Below the pieces are notes generated by a model. The model saw nothing but the letters and a program-made list of their open reading frames with translations. It did no database searches and had not been told where the DNA came from. Positions 1-7,891 of a DNA stretch of 35,872 nt are shown in pieces. The position numbers and the translations under genes are program-made. The stretch covers positions 1 through 35,872 of IMG/VR virus record IMGVR_UViG_3300033123_000281. One strand, 5' to 3'. The DNA is from a virus (taxonomy: Duplodnaviria; Caudoviricetes). How positions within the stretch are numbered: position 1 is the first letter of the stretch; the number at the start of each line of letters is the position of its first letter.

Positions 1-42
1 CGCGTCAGCTCCGCGCTCCGCGCGCACATCACGCTGCTTTGA
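1..42 (+). CDS. 3' end of an ORF that starts at 35669 and crosses the window junction (RVSSALRAHITLL*)
   Basis: 35669-35872 is exactly 68 open codons and continues in frame into 1-42, ending at TGA 40-42. Confidence 0.6.
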   Translation, partial: RVSSALRAHITLL

Positions 43-52
43 CCGTCGCAAT

Positions 53-82
53 AGTTCACATGTAAACAGTTCACATGTAAAC
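53..82. repeat. Tandem direct repeat AGTTCACATGTAAAC x2; each unit is a near-palindrome
   Basis: Exact 15-bp copies at 53-67 and 68-82. Confidence 0.95.
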
Positions 83-86
83 TATT

Positions 87-142
87 TGCTGCACTGCACA
101 ATGCTGCACTGCACAATGCTGCACTGCACAATGCTGCACTGC
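87..142. repeat. Tandem repeat TGCTGCACTGCACAA x3 plus a partial fourth copy
   Basis: Exact 15-bp copies at 87-101, 102-116 and 117-131; partial copy at 132-142. Confidence 0.95.
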
Positions 143-191
143 GGCATGGGGGGGGAGGCCCCGGCCGCGCCGGTCACCGGTCACGAAGGGT

Positions 192-221
192 TTGCACAAA
201 CTTTTTTTTTAATTTAAAAAT
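192..221 (+). promoter_or_regulatory. Possible sigma70-type promoter for the packaging/late operon, perhaps giving a leaderless terS mRNA
   Basis: TTGCAC (192-197), 17 nt, TAAAAA(T) (215-221); ATG at 227 has no Shine-Dalgarno. Confidence 0.4.
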
Positions 222-226
222 GACGG

Positions 227-736
227 ATGACCTGGCACTCCATTCCTCACGAACCGCGCCGACTGACCGCGACCGAGGCGCGGCTGGACGCAATCTATGC
301 CGCCGCCCGTCGCGGGCTTAAAGGCGATACGCTTGCCTTGGCGTCCGGCTTGCTGCCTACCGAGTACCGGCAACTCTGCCAATTCGACCCGCTGGCGGAG
401 TTAGCCGAACTCAAGGGGCGCGCGGATGGCGAGATGGAACTGTCGGGCCTCCTGCATGACGCCGCCCGTGGCGGAGACGCGAAGGCGGCGCTTGAGATCC
501 TGAAGCACGTCCACAAATGGACCGCGCCTCAATCTGTGCAGATACAGATCGAACAAAAAATTAGCATTATCGCAGCGCTAGAGGACGCTAGGGCTAGGGT
601 TATCGAAGGTTCTGTGTTAGATACAGTTGAGGCCGCAGACGCGGGAACGTCTGACGGCCTCTTAACCAACCGTAGTGAGGACGGCGGCTATGCAGAACAT
701 TACGCAAGACAAATTGCAAACGCTACTCAAATATGA
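227..736 (+). CDS. terS: Putative terminase small subunit
   Basis: First gene of the packaging module, helical protein with a GDAKAALEILKH motif, upstream of terL. Confidence 0.65.
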   Translation: MTWHSIPHEPRRLTATEARLDAIYAAARRGLKGDTLALASGLLPTEYRQLCQFDPLAELAELKGRADGEMELSGLLHDAARGGDAKAALEILKHVHKWTAPQSVQIQIEQKISIIAALEDARARVIEGSVLDTVEAADAGTSDGLLTNRSEDGGYAEHYARQIANATQI

Positions 737-1190
737 CCCAGATACAGGGTGGTTTATCTGGCGCGTAAACCGGGCGGGAAACCGCGTCAAAGTTGGTGAC
801 CGCGCGGGGTACGCCCACCACACCGGGTATCGGTACGTCTGCGTTGACGGCCACACAGTTACCGAACACAGGCTGGCGTGGTTTTTTGTTTACGGACGGT
901 GGCCGAACGGAGACTTGGACCACATAAACCGCGTGCGGCACGATAACCGCGTGTCTAACCTACGTGAAGTTAGCCGCGCGGAAAACTGCCAAAATCAGCC
1001 CATACGCAGGTCTAACAAAAGCGGGGTCACGGGCGTCTATTACCATAAAGTATCTAAAAAATGGGCTGCCAGCATAAACATCAACCGGAAACAGATACAC
1101 TTAGGTGTTTACGCCACGCGGGAAGAAGCCGTTAAGATTCGTCAGAACGCGGAAATGGAGCATTATCCCAATGCAAACCCTTGTGTATGA
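690..1190 (+). CDS. HNH endonuclease with a C-terminal AP2 DNA-binding domain (free-standing homing endonuclease)
   Basis: LKYDPDTG N-terminus, HRLAW...LDHINRVRHDNRVSNLREV HNH motif, SGVTGVYY..KKWAASI...IHLG AP2 motif; ATG 690 is the likely start. Confidence 0.92.
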   Translation: MQNITQDKLQTLLKYDPDTGWFIWRVNRAGNRVKVGDRAGYAHHTGYRYVCVDGHTVTEHRLAWFFVYGRWPNGDLDHINRVRHDNRVSNLREVSRAENCQNQPIRRSNKSGVTGVYYHKVSKKWAASININRKQIHLGVYATREEAVKIRQNAEMEHYPNANPCV

Positions 1191-2694
1191 ACCCGCTGAC
1201 GAACAGCAGTTGATGTCAACGTACTGGTCTGCGGCGCTTAAAAACGACCCGCTGGCGTTTGTGCGGTTTAACTTTCCGTGGCGGCAAAAAGGTACGCCGT
1301 TAGAGCATTTTGATGGGCCTCGTAAATGGCAGCGCGATGTGCTGACGGAATTGCGCGATCATATCCACGCAAACAACGGGCGTTTAGATTACGAAGTTCT
1401 TCGTATGGCCATAAGCTCCGGGCGCGGCATCGGTAAATCCGCGCTTGTTAGCTGGATTATCATATGGATGGTAACCACCCGCATCGGTTCAACCGTTATA
1501 GTGTCCGCCAACAGCGAAGCGCAGCTTCGGTCTGTTACTTGGGCTGAAATTACAAAATGGATCAGTATGGGCTTAAACAACCATTGGTTTGAGGTAAGCG
1601 CTACCCGCATTTCACCCGCCAAATGGCTGACTGACTTGGTCGAAAAAGACCTTAAAAAAGGTTGCCGGTATTGGTCTGTAGAAGGGCGCTTGTGGTCGGC
1701 GGAAAACCCGGACGCTTATGCGGGCGCGCATAATATGGACGGTATGATGCTGATCTTTGACGAAAGCTCCGGTATCCCTGACGCCATCTGGTCGGTGGCC
1801 GCCGGTTTCTTTTCCGAGAACACGCCCAACCGGTTCTGGCTGGCGTTCTCCAACCCGCGCCGCAACAGCGGGTACTTCTACGAGTGCTTCAACTCCAAGC
1901 GGGAGTTCTGGCGCAACAAGATCGTAGACGCCCGGTCGGTTGAGGGAACCGACAAGCAGGTCTACCAGCAGATCATCGACGAGTACGGCGCGGACAGCAG
2001 CCAGGCGCACGTCGAGGTGTACGGTCAGTTCCCCAACGCATCGGACGACCAGTTCATCGGGTCGGTCACGGTGGACGAGGCCATGCGCCGCGAGCGGGCC
2101 AAGGACCTGTCGGCACCCATCGTGATCGGCGTGGACCCGGCGCGGTTCGGCAGCGACAGCACGGTCATCGCCGTGCGGCAGGGCCGCGACATCATCGCGA
2201 TCAAGCGGCACAAGGGCGACGACACCATGGAGACCGTGGGACGGGTCATAGAGGCCATCGAGGAGTACAAGCCAGCCATGGTCGTCGTGGACGAGGGAGG
2301 GCTGGGGGCGGGCGTCGTAGACCGCCTGAAGGAGCAACGGTACAAGATCAGGGGCGTGAACTTCGGGACGAAATCGAAGAACCCGCTCATGTGGGGGAAC
2401 AAGCGCGCCGAGATGTGGGGCGAGATGCGCGAGTGGCTCAAGACGGCCAGCATCCCGAACGACCGCTACCTGAAGAGCGACCTCATCGGGCCTATGATGA
2501 AGCCCGACAGCCGGGGTACGATCTTCTTGGAGAGCAAGAAGGACATGAAGTCGAGGGGGCTGGCGTCACCTGACGCGGCGGACGCCATCGCGGTGACGTT
2601 TGCGTTTCCGGTGGCCCGGCGCGAGGCCATTGACCGCAACCCGCGCAGAGGGTACTCTGCCGCTGGAATTTCAACTTCTTGGCTTGGAGCCTGA
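1171..2694 (+). CDS. terL: Terminase large subunit
   Basis: Walker A SGRGIGKS, Walker B LIFDE, SNP coupling motif, nuclease GVDPARFGSD and SPDAADA; start MQTLVY at 1171. Confidence 0.93.
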   Translation: MQTLVYEPADEQQLMSTYWSAALKNDPLAFVRFNFPWRQKGTPLEHFDGPRKWQRDVLTELRDHIHANNGRLDYEVLRMAISSGRGIGKSALVSWIIIWMVTTRIGSTVIVSANSEAQLRSVTWAEITKWISMGLNNHWFEVSATRISPAKWLTDLVEKDLKKGCRYWSVEGRLWSAENPDAYAGAHNMDGMMLIFDESSGIPDAIWSVAAGFFSENTPNRFWLAFSNPRRNSGYFYECFNSKREFWRNKIVDARSVEGTDKQVYQQIIDEYGADSSQAHVEVYGQFPNASDDQFIGSVTVDEAMRRERAKDLSAPIVIGVDPARFGSDSTVIAVRQGRDIIAIKRHKGDDTMETVGRVIEAIEEYKPAMVVVDEGGLGAGVVDRLKEQRYKIRGVNFGTKSKNPLMWGNKRAEMWGEMREWLKTASIPNDRYLKSDLIGPMMKPDSRGTIFLESKKDMKSRGLASPDAADAIAVTFAFPVARREAIDRNPRRGYSAAGISTSWLGA

Positions 2695-2695
2695 C

Positions 2696-3106
2696 ATGGC
2701 TAACACAAAACCAATCGGCGTTGCGTTCGAAGACCAGAACATCATCGGCGCGGATAACATCTCTTCGGCGAGCATCCTTGGCTACACCGCCGCCGCGCAG
2801 GGTACGGTCACGCAGGCCACCAGCAAGTCAACCGGCGTCACGCTGAACAAGTCGGCTGGTCAGATCACCCTGAACGCCGCGTCTCTGGCGGCAACGACGA
2901 CAGTGACGTTTACGCTGACAAACTCACTGTTGAGCGCCAACGACATCGTCATCTTGAGCATCGCAAGCGGTGGCACGGCTGGCGCGTACAACGCGTATGT
3001 CAGCGGTCTGGCTTCTGGTTCGGTTGTGCTTGCGCTGCGCAACGTCACGGCTGGCGCGCTGGCGGAAGCCGTCGTGCTGAACTTTGCTATCCTCCACTGC
3101 TCGTAA
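2696..3106 (+). CDS. Hypothetical protein, probably virion structural (beta-rich; VTQATSKSTGVTLNK motif)
   Basis: ATG 2696 after GGAG; Ala/Thr/Ser-rich; TAATG coupling to the next gene. Confidence 0.7.
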   Translation: MANTKPIGVAFEDQNIIGADNISSASILGYTAAAQGTVTQATSKSTGVTLNKSAGQITLNAASLAATTTVTFTLTNSLLSANDIVILSIASGGTAGAYNAYVSGLASGSVVLALRNVTAGALAEAVVLNFAILHCS

Positions 3107-3366
3107 TGGCTAAGAAGACCGTCTCACTGTCCGTTGGACGTGGCGAGAAGCTCGCCACCAAGGAAGGCGCGGGCCTGACGGCCAAGGGCCGCGCCAAGTA
3201 CAACGCAGCGACGGGCAGCAAGCTGAAGCCGCCAGCACCGCACCCCAAGACAGATGCGGACAAGGGGCGTAAAGCTAGCTTCTGCGCCCGAATGGGTGGG
3301 GTCGTAGCCAAGTCTGCCAACGCCGACCGCGCGAAAGCGTCTATGAAGAGGTGGAACTGTGGCTAA
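3106..3366 (+). CDS. Small basic conserved phage protein (DUF6321-like)
   Basis: GLTAKGRAKYN...LKPP...RKASFCARM motif typical of small proteins near phage portal genes. Confidence 0.75.
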   Translation: MAKKTVSLSVGRGEKLATKEGAGLTAKGRAKYNAATGSKLKPPAPHPKTDADKGRKASFCARMGGVVAKSANADRAKASMKRWNCG

Positions 3367-3529
3367 CAAACCGGGACTGTACGCCAACATCAACGCCAAG
3401 AAGGACCGCATTGCGGCTGGCTCCGGCGAGAAGATGCGCAAGCCGGGGGCGGCTGGCGCTCCGACTGCCAAGGCGTTCAAAGAGTCTGCAAAAACCGCTA
3501 AACCGGCGTCTAGCCGCAAAGGTAAGTGA
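3359..3529 (+). CDS. Small basic conserved phage protein, 56 aa (MANKPGLYANINAKKDRIAAGSGEKMRKPG...)
   Basis: Translated by hand (below the ORF-track cutoff); GTG start after GAGG; TGATG overlap with the portal start. Confidence 0.8.
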   Translation: MANKPGLYANINAKKDRIAAGSGEKMRKPGAAGAPTAKAFKESAKTAKPASSRKGK

Positions 3530-5754
3530 TGGCTGCGAACGACGTAGAAGCTGCCGGTAAGGTCTCCGAAGCTGACGACCACGACCGTCTGGCGACTATG
3601 CGCTCGCGGTTTACGATGGCGTTGTCGGCTTACTCGGACAGCCGCGAGGACGAGCTGGACGACCTGCGCTTCATGGCGGGGTCGCCCGACAACCAGTGGC
3701 AGTGGCCCGCCGACGTGCTGGCGACCCGTGGCTCCGTGCAGGGCCAGACGATCAACGCGCGGCCGTGCCTGACGATCAACAAGCTGCCGCAGCACGTCCG
3801 TCAGGTGACGAACGAGCAGCGCCAGAACCGGCCGACCGGCAAGGTTATCCCGGCGGACGACAAGGCCGACGTGGCCGTGGCGGAAATCTTCGACGGCATG
3901 GTGCGGCACATCGAGTACATCTCGGACGCCGACGTGGCCTACGACACCGCCTGCGACAACCAGGTCACCTACGGCGAGGGCTACATCCGCCTGCTGACGG
4001 AATACTGCCGCGAGGACAGCTTCGATCAGGATCTGAAGATCGGGCGCGTCAGGAACTCGTTTTCGGTCTACATGGACCCAACAATCCAAGATCCATGCGG
4101 CTCAGACGCCAAATGGTGCTTTCTGACGGAAGACCTGACCAAAGAAGAATACGAGCGCATGTTCCCGAACGCCTCGCCCGTCAGCTCCATGATGTCGCAG
4201 GGCGTGGGCGACCAATCGTTAGCCCAGTGGCTGAGCGAGGACACGGTCCGCATAGCGGAATACTTCTACATTGAGCACAAGTCGGCCAAGCTCAATCTGT
4301 ACCCGGACAATGTGACCGCTATCGACGGCACGCCGCAGGACAAACAGCTCAAATTAATGTTCCAGAAGCCAATACGCAGCCGGAATGTCGATAAAAAGCA
4401 GGTAAAATGGCTAAAAACCAACGGTTTTGAGGTCTTGCAGGAGCAGGATTGGGCCGGAAAGTGGATTCCGGTCATCCGCGTCGTCGGAAACGAGTGGGAA
4501 GTGGACGGGCAACTCTACGTGTCCGGGCTGGTGCGCAACGCCAAGGACGCGCAGCGCATGTACAATTATTGGGTGAGCCAAGAAGCCGAAATGCTGGCTC
4601 TGGCGCCCAAAGCGCCGTTTATCGGCTACGGCGGGCAGTTTGAAGGCTACGAGAACCAGTGGAAGACGGCCAATACGACCAATTGGCCCTACCTTGAGGT
4701 CAATCCCGATGTCACAGACGGCGCAGGATCGGCTCTACCGCTGCCGCAGCGTGCTGCACCGCCGCTCGCTCAGACTGGCCTTATACAGGCTAAGATGGGT
4801 GCTTCGGACGACATCAAGTCTACCACGGGTCAGTACGACAGTTCTCTTGGCGCGTCCAGCAACGAACGGTCAGGCCGAGCCATTTTGGCTCGTGAAAAAC
4901 AGGGCGATACGGGTACGTATCACTACGTAGACAACCTCTCGCGGGCCATCCGCTACGTCACGCGGCAGCTTGTGGACATCATCCCGAAGATTTACGACAC
5001 CGAGCGTGTCGCGCGCATCGTCGGCCTCGACGGCGAAGTTGGCATGGTCAAGGTTAACCCACAGCAGCCGGAGCCGGTCAAGTCTATCGTGGACCAGACG
5101 GGCATCGTGATGGAGAAGGTCTACAACCTGTCGGTCGGCGTGTACGACGTGTGCGTCACGACCGGGCCGGGCTACATGACCAAGCGTCAAGAGGCGCTGG
5201 ACGCCATGTCGATGCTGCTCCAGTCGAACCCGGACCTCTGGAAGGTCGCTGGCGACCTGTTCATTAAGAACATGGACTGGCCGGGCGCGCAAGAGATGGC
5301 CGCACGGTTTGCCAAGATCATTGACCCGAAGGTCATGGAAGGTGAAGATCAGTCCCCTGAGATGCAGCAGGCCAAGCAGCAGATTGAGGCCATGACGCAG
5401 CACATGCAGCAGATGGAAGGCATGTTGAAGCGCGTTGAGCAGTCAATGGAAGCCCAACAGCTTGACATCAAGCGGTTCGATTCGGAAGTGAAGGCATATG
5501 ATGCTGAAACTAAGAGAATTTCTGCGGTGCAGGCTTCAATGTCTGAAGAGCAGATACACGACATCATCATGGGGACAATCCACGCAGCGATTGACACAGG
5601 CGATCTGGTCAGCGGGATGCCGTCTCGTGACCAGTTGGAACAAAACGAAATGGGCGCAGCGCCTGAAGCTCCTCCGCAGATGGGTCAGCCGCCTATGGGT
5701 GAGCCGCCTGCTGGACCGCCTCCGCAGCCGGAAATGATGGGACAAGGCCAATGA
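3529..5754 (+). CDS. Portal protein, P22-like
   Basis: About 740 aa; RPCLTINKL, GLVRNAKDAQRMYNYW, SGRAILAR and YDVCVTTGPGYMTKRQE motifs; C-terminal coiled coil. Confidence 0.93.
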   Translation: MAANDVEAAGKVSEADDHDRLATMRSRFTMALSAYSDSREDELDDLRFMAGSPDNQWQWPADVLATRGSVQGQTINARPCLTINKLPQHVRQVTNEQRQNRPTGKVIPADDKADVAVAEIFDGMVRHIEYISDADVAYDTACDNQVTYGEGYIRLLTEYCREDSFDQDLKIGRVRNSFSVYMDPTIQDPCGSDAKWCFLTEDLTKEEYERMFPNASPVSSMMSQGVGDQSLAQWLSEDTVRIAEYFYIEHKSAKLNLYPDNVTAIDGTPQDKQLKLMFQKPIRSRNVDKKQVKWLKTNGFEVLQEQDWAGKWIPVIRVVGNEWEVDGQLYVSGLVRNAKDAQRMYNYWVSQEAEMLALAPKAPFIGYGGQFEGYENQWKTANTTNWPYLEVNPDVTDGAGSALPLPQRAAPPLAQTGLIQAKMGASDDIKSTTGQYDSSLGASSNERSGRAILAREKQGDTGTYHYVDNLSRAIRYVTRQLVDIIPKIYDTERVARIVGLDGEVGMVKVNPQQPEPVKSIVDQTGIVMEKVYNLSVGVYDVCVTTGPGYMTKRQEALDAMSMLLQSNPDLWKVAGDLFIKNMDWPGAQEMAARFAKIIDPKVMEGEDQSPEMQQAKQQIEAMTQHMQQMEGMLKRVEQSMEAQQLDIKRFDSEVKAYDAETKRISAVQASMSEEQIHDIIMGTIHAAIDTGDLVSGMPSRDQLEQNEMGAAPEAPPQMGQPPMGEPPAGPPPQPEMMGQGQ

Positions 5755-6113
5755 AACCCGCTGAATTCATCGGTTGCATGTTCTTGGCGCGGGATGTGGC
5801 CCATTCCGTCCACCTGAACACACGCAGCTTTGCCAAACACATGGCCTTGAACACCTTCTACGACGAGATTGTCGGTTTGGCCGACTCTTTTGCGGAGGCG
5901 TATCAAGGCCGACACGGGCTGGTTGGCCCCATCACGTTGCATTCGGCCAAAAAGACATCTAATATCGTGGAGTTCCTGACCGACAGCCTGGCTGAGCTTG
6001 AAGACGCCCGGTATAAAGTCTGTAACAAGGACGAGACGGCCATCCAGAACATCATCGACGAGATCGTCGGTCTGTACCTGACGACCCTTTACAAACTTCG
6101 CTTCTTGGCGTGA
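5751..6113 (+). CDS. Dps/ferritin-like four-helix protein (DUF5856-like)
   Basis: H..H....F.KH.AL..FYD......D.FAE pattern resembles the Dps ferroxidase signature. Confidence 0.65.
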   Translation: MKPAEFIGCMFLARDVAHSVHLNTRSFAKHMALNTFYDEIVGLADSFAEAYQGRHGLVGPITLHSAKKTSNIVEFLTDSLAELEDARYKVCNKDETAIQNIIDEIVGLYLTTLYKLRFLA

Positions 6114-6122
6114 GGCTCTGAT

Positions 6123-6428
6123 ATGGAACTTTTGAACCCGCTTATTGGCGACCAGTTTGTAACGCGCACGGTGTCCTTTACCGGCACCGCTGGCTCGACT
6201 GGCACTTGGCCTGCTGGCCCACAGGGCGTCGTCGTCTGGTCCGATCAGGCTTGCTACATCTTGGTTGGCGAGGGCGTGACCGCCACGACAGCCAACGGCA
6301 CACCGCTGCCGGCCAACACGCCGGTCCCCTTCGTCGTACCTAGCGGCACGGGCGCGCCTTGGCGTGTCAGCGCCATACAGGTCAGCACGGGCGGCACGCT
6401 GTACGCGAAGCCGATCAACATCCGATGA
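6123..6428 (+). CDS. Hypothetical protein, probably structural
   Basis: ATG after GAGG; beta-rich; lies in the structural operon. Confidence 0.75.
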   Translation: MELLNPLIGDQFVTRTVSFTGTAGSTGTWPAGPQGVVVWSDQACYILVGEGVTATTANGTPLPANTPVPFVVPSGTGAPWRVSAIQVSTGGTLYAKPINIR

Positions 6429-6601
6429 GCTTTGGCATCCCCGTCCGAAACGGCCTTGGGCTTGGCCTGCTGGCGTCTACGTCGCTGGCAACCGGGGTTG
6501 TTTCTTCTGGCCCCGGCCCCGGTCCCACGGGCAACGGCCTCGTCTGGGGCGCTGGCAACTACTTGATCTGGGGCACCGGCAACTTCTTGACTTGGGGTTA
6601 A
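6425..6601 (+). CDS. Small Gly-rich hypothetical protein (MSFGIPVRNG...LTWG)
   Basis: ATGA overlap with the upstream stop; fills the gap before 6605; three L-x-W-G repeats. Confidence 0.65.
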   Translation: MSFGIPVRNGLGLGLLASTSLATGVVSSGPGPGPTGNGLVWGAGNYLIWGTGNFLTWG

Positions 6602-6604
6602 CAC

Positions 6605-7423
6605 ATGACGGACATCGACCTTAAAACCCTCACGCCCGACACGTCGCTGCCGACGACGGGGTTCCTGTTCGGCGCGGACAGTCAGGCAACCGCCAGCCCG
6701 TCCGTCTACGGGGTTACGACTGCGATTACAGCCATACTAGGCAACGCCGCGTCCAGCGACGTTTTGGCTTTTAATTCTGACACCATCGTGCTCCGCGACG
6801 CCGCCAACATTCTTGCCCAGCGCAACGGCGTTACCTCTCAGGCCAAGCGCGTCTACAACACCTACACCGATGCGTCGAACTACGAGCGCGGGGTGTTTGA
6901 CTTTAAAACCACCGCCAACGTGCTGACAATTGGTACTGAGAAACTTGGGACGGGTGCCACAAGAAACATCCAGTTTCTTGTTGGGGGCGTTCTAAGAGCT
7001 GATTATGGCATAACTGGTTCTAATTGGACATTTACGGGCAACATACAAACACCAAATAGTATTCAGGTAACTTTTGACATTTCTCTTGGTCGGTATCTGA
7101 GCCTTGGGCCTAACCCATATACCGGCGGTTCAACGGTGACCATGTATTCTGCCACTTCAGGTATTTTGCAGCTTTCGTCTGGTATCGGAATTGGGGCTGG
7201 GTTTGATCGTATCCAGTTTGGCGGCACTACCACATCCTTCCCTGCCCTCAAGCGTTCCACAACATTCTTGCAGGCTCGCCTCGCGGACGACAGCGCCTTT
7301 ACCAACATCCAAGGCAAGCTGACCACCGACACGGCCTACACAGCGGGCGCACTTGTGGCGACAGGCTACATCACTATCTATGACAGCACGGGTACTGCAT
7401 ACCGCGTCCCCTGCCTCGTTTAA
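6605..7423 (+). CDS. Putative fibre or minor structural protein
   Basis: Thr/Gly-rich beta-type sequence with YNTYTDASNYERG and FGGTTTSFPALKRS blocks. Confidence 0.65.
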   Translation: MTDIDLKTLTPDTSLPTTGFLFGADSQATASPSVYGVTTAITAILGNAASSDVLAFNSDTIVLRDAANILAQRNGVTSQAKRVYNTYTDASNYERGVFDFKTTANVLTIGTEKLGTGATRNIQFLVGGVLRADYGITGSNWTFTGNIQTPNSIQVTFDISLGRYLSLGPNPYTGGSTVTMYSATSGILQLSSGIGIGAGFDRIQFGGTTTSFPALKRSTTFLQARLADDSAFTNIQGKLTTDTAYTAGALVATGYITIYDSTGTAYRVPCLV

Positions 7424-7434
7424 CGGAACCTGAC

Positions 7435-7602
7435 ATGATCACGCTTAACCTCACCAACGAAGAGGCCAACGCCCTCGGAGCACTGCTCGACGCAGCCGTC
7501 AAGGCCACCGGCCTTCAGGGCGCAAAAGCAGCAGTTGTGCTTTTTGAGAAACTTGAAGCCGCCGCCAAGGCCGCTCAGACCGTGGAGACTTCCAATGACT
7601 GA
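7435..7602 (+). CDS. Hypothetical protein, 55 aa (MITLNLTNEEANALGALLDAAVKATG...)
   Basis: Translated by hand; helical; overlaps the next start. Confidence 0.7.
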   Translation: MITLNLTNEEANALGALLDAAVKATGLQGAKAAVVLFEKLEAAAKAAQTVETSND

Positions 7603-7804
7603 TTATGCCATTCAGGTTACGGACGGCTACGTTGTCCCGGAAGGGCCGCTGGACGCCGCGCAGTACGTCGATTTCGTGATGAACCGCGCCGCCGAGAGCT
7701 ACATGTCCCAGTACGGCACCTCGACCGTTAACGAGGGCATTCAGGCCGCTTGCGACGCCTACAATGCCGCGCTGCCTGTGCCGCCGGTTGAGGCCGCAGT
7801 CTGA
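7595..7804 (+). CDS. Hypothetical protein, 69 aa (MTDYAIQV...)
   Basis: ATG 7595 after GGAG; G/C-ending codons. Confidence 0.7.
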   Translation: MTDYAIQVTDGYVVPEGPLDAAQYVDFVMNRAAESYMSQYGTSTVNEGIQAACDAYNAALPVPPVEAAV

Positions 7805-7807
7805 TAT

Positions 7808-7836
7808 TTGACGCCGACGACGCCTTGTCGTAATGT
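7808..7836 (+). promoter_or_regulatory. Sigma70-like promoter upstream of scaffold and coat genes
   Basis: TTGACG (7808-7813), 17 nt, TAATGT (7831-7836) in an intergenic gap. Confidence 0.55.
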
Positions 7837-7891
7837 CAAGCCCTAACCGTACTGGTGAGGTTCACCAGGTATCCGTAAGGACACTCAGCAT

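Noticed and set aside
53-142. CRISPR array or mini-array
   Set aside because: The repeats are directly adjacent with no unique spacers.
714-743. Apparent duplication of the terL start at the HNH N-terminus (LQTLLKYDPD vs MQTLVYEPAD)
   Set aside because: L..LL.YDP.TG is the normal N-terminus of this HNH family, and the DNA match is too short to call a target duplication.
690-1190. Group I intron around the HNH gene
   Set aside because: terS and terL are each complete and overlap the HNH directly, leaving no room for a ribozyme core.
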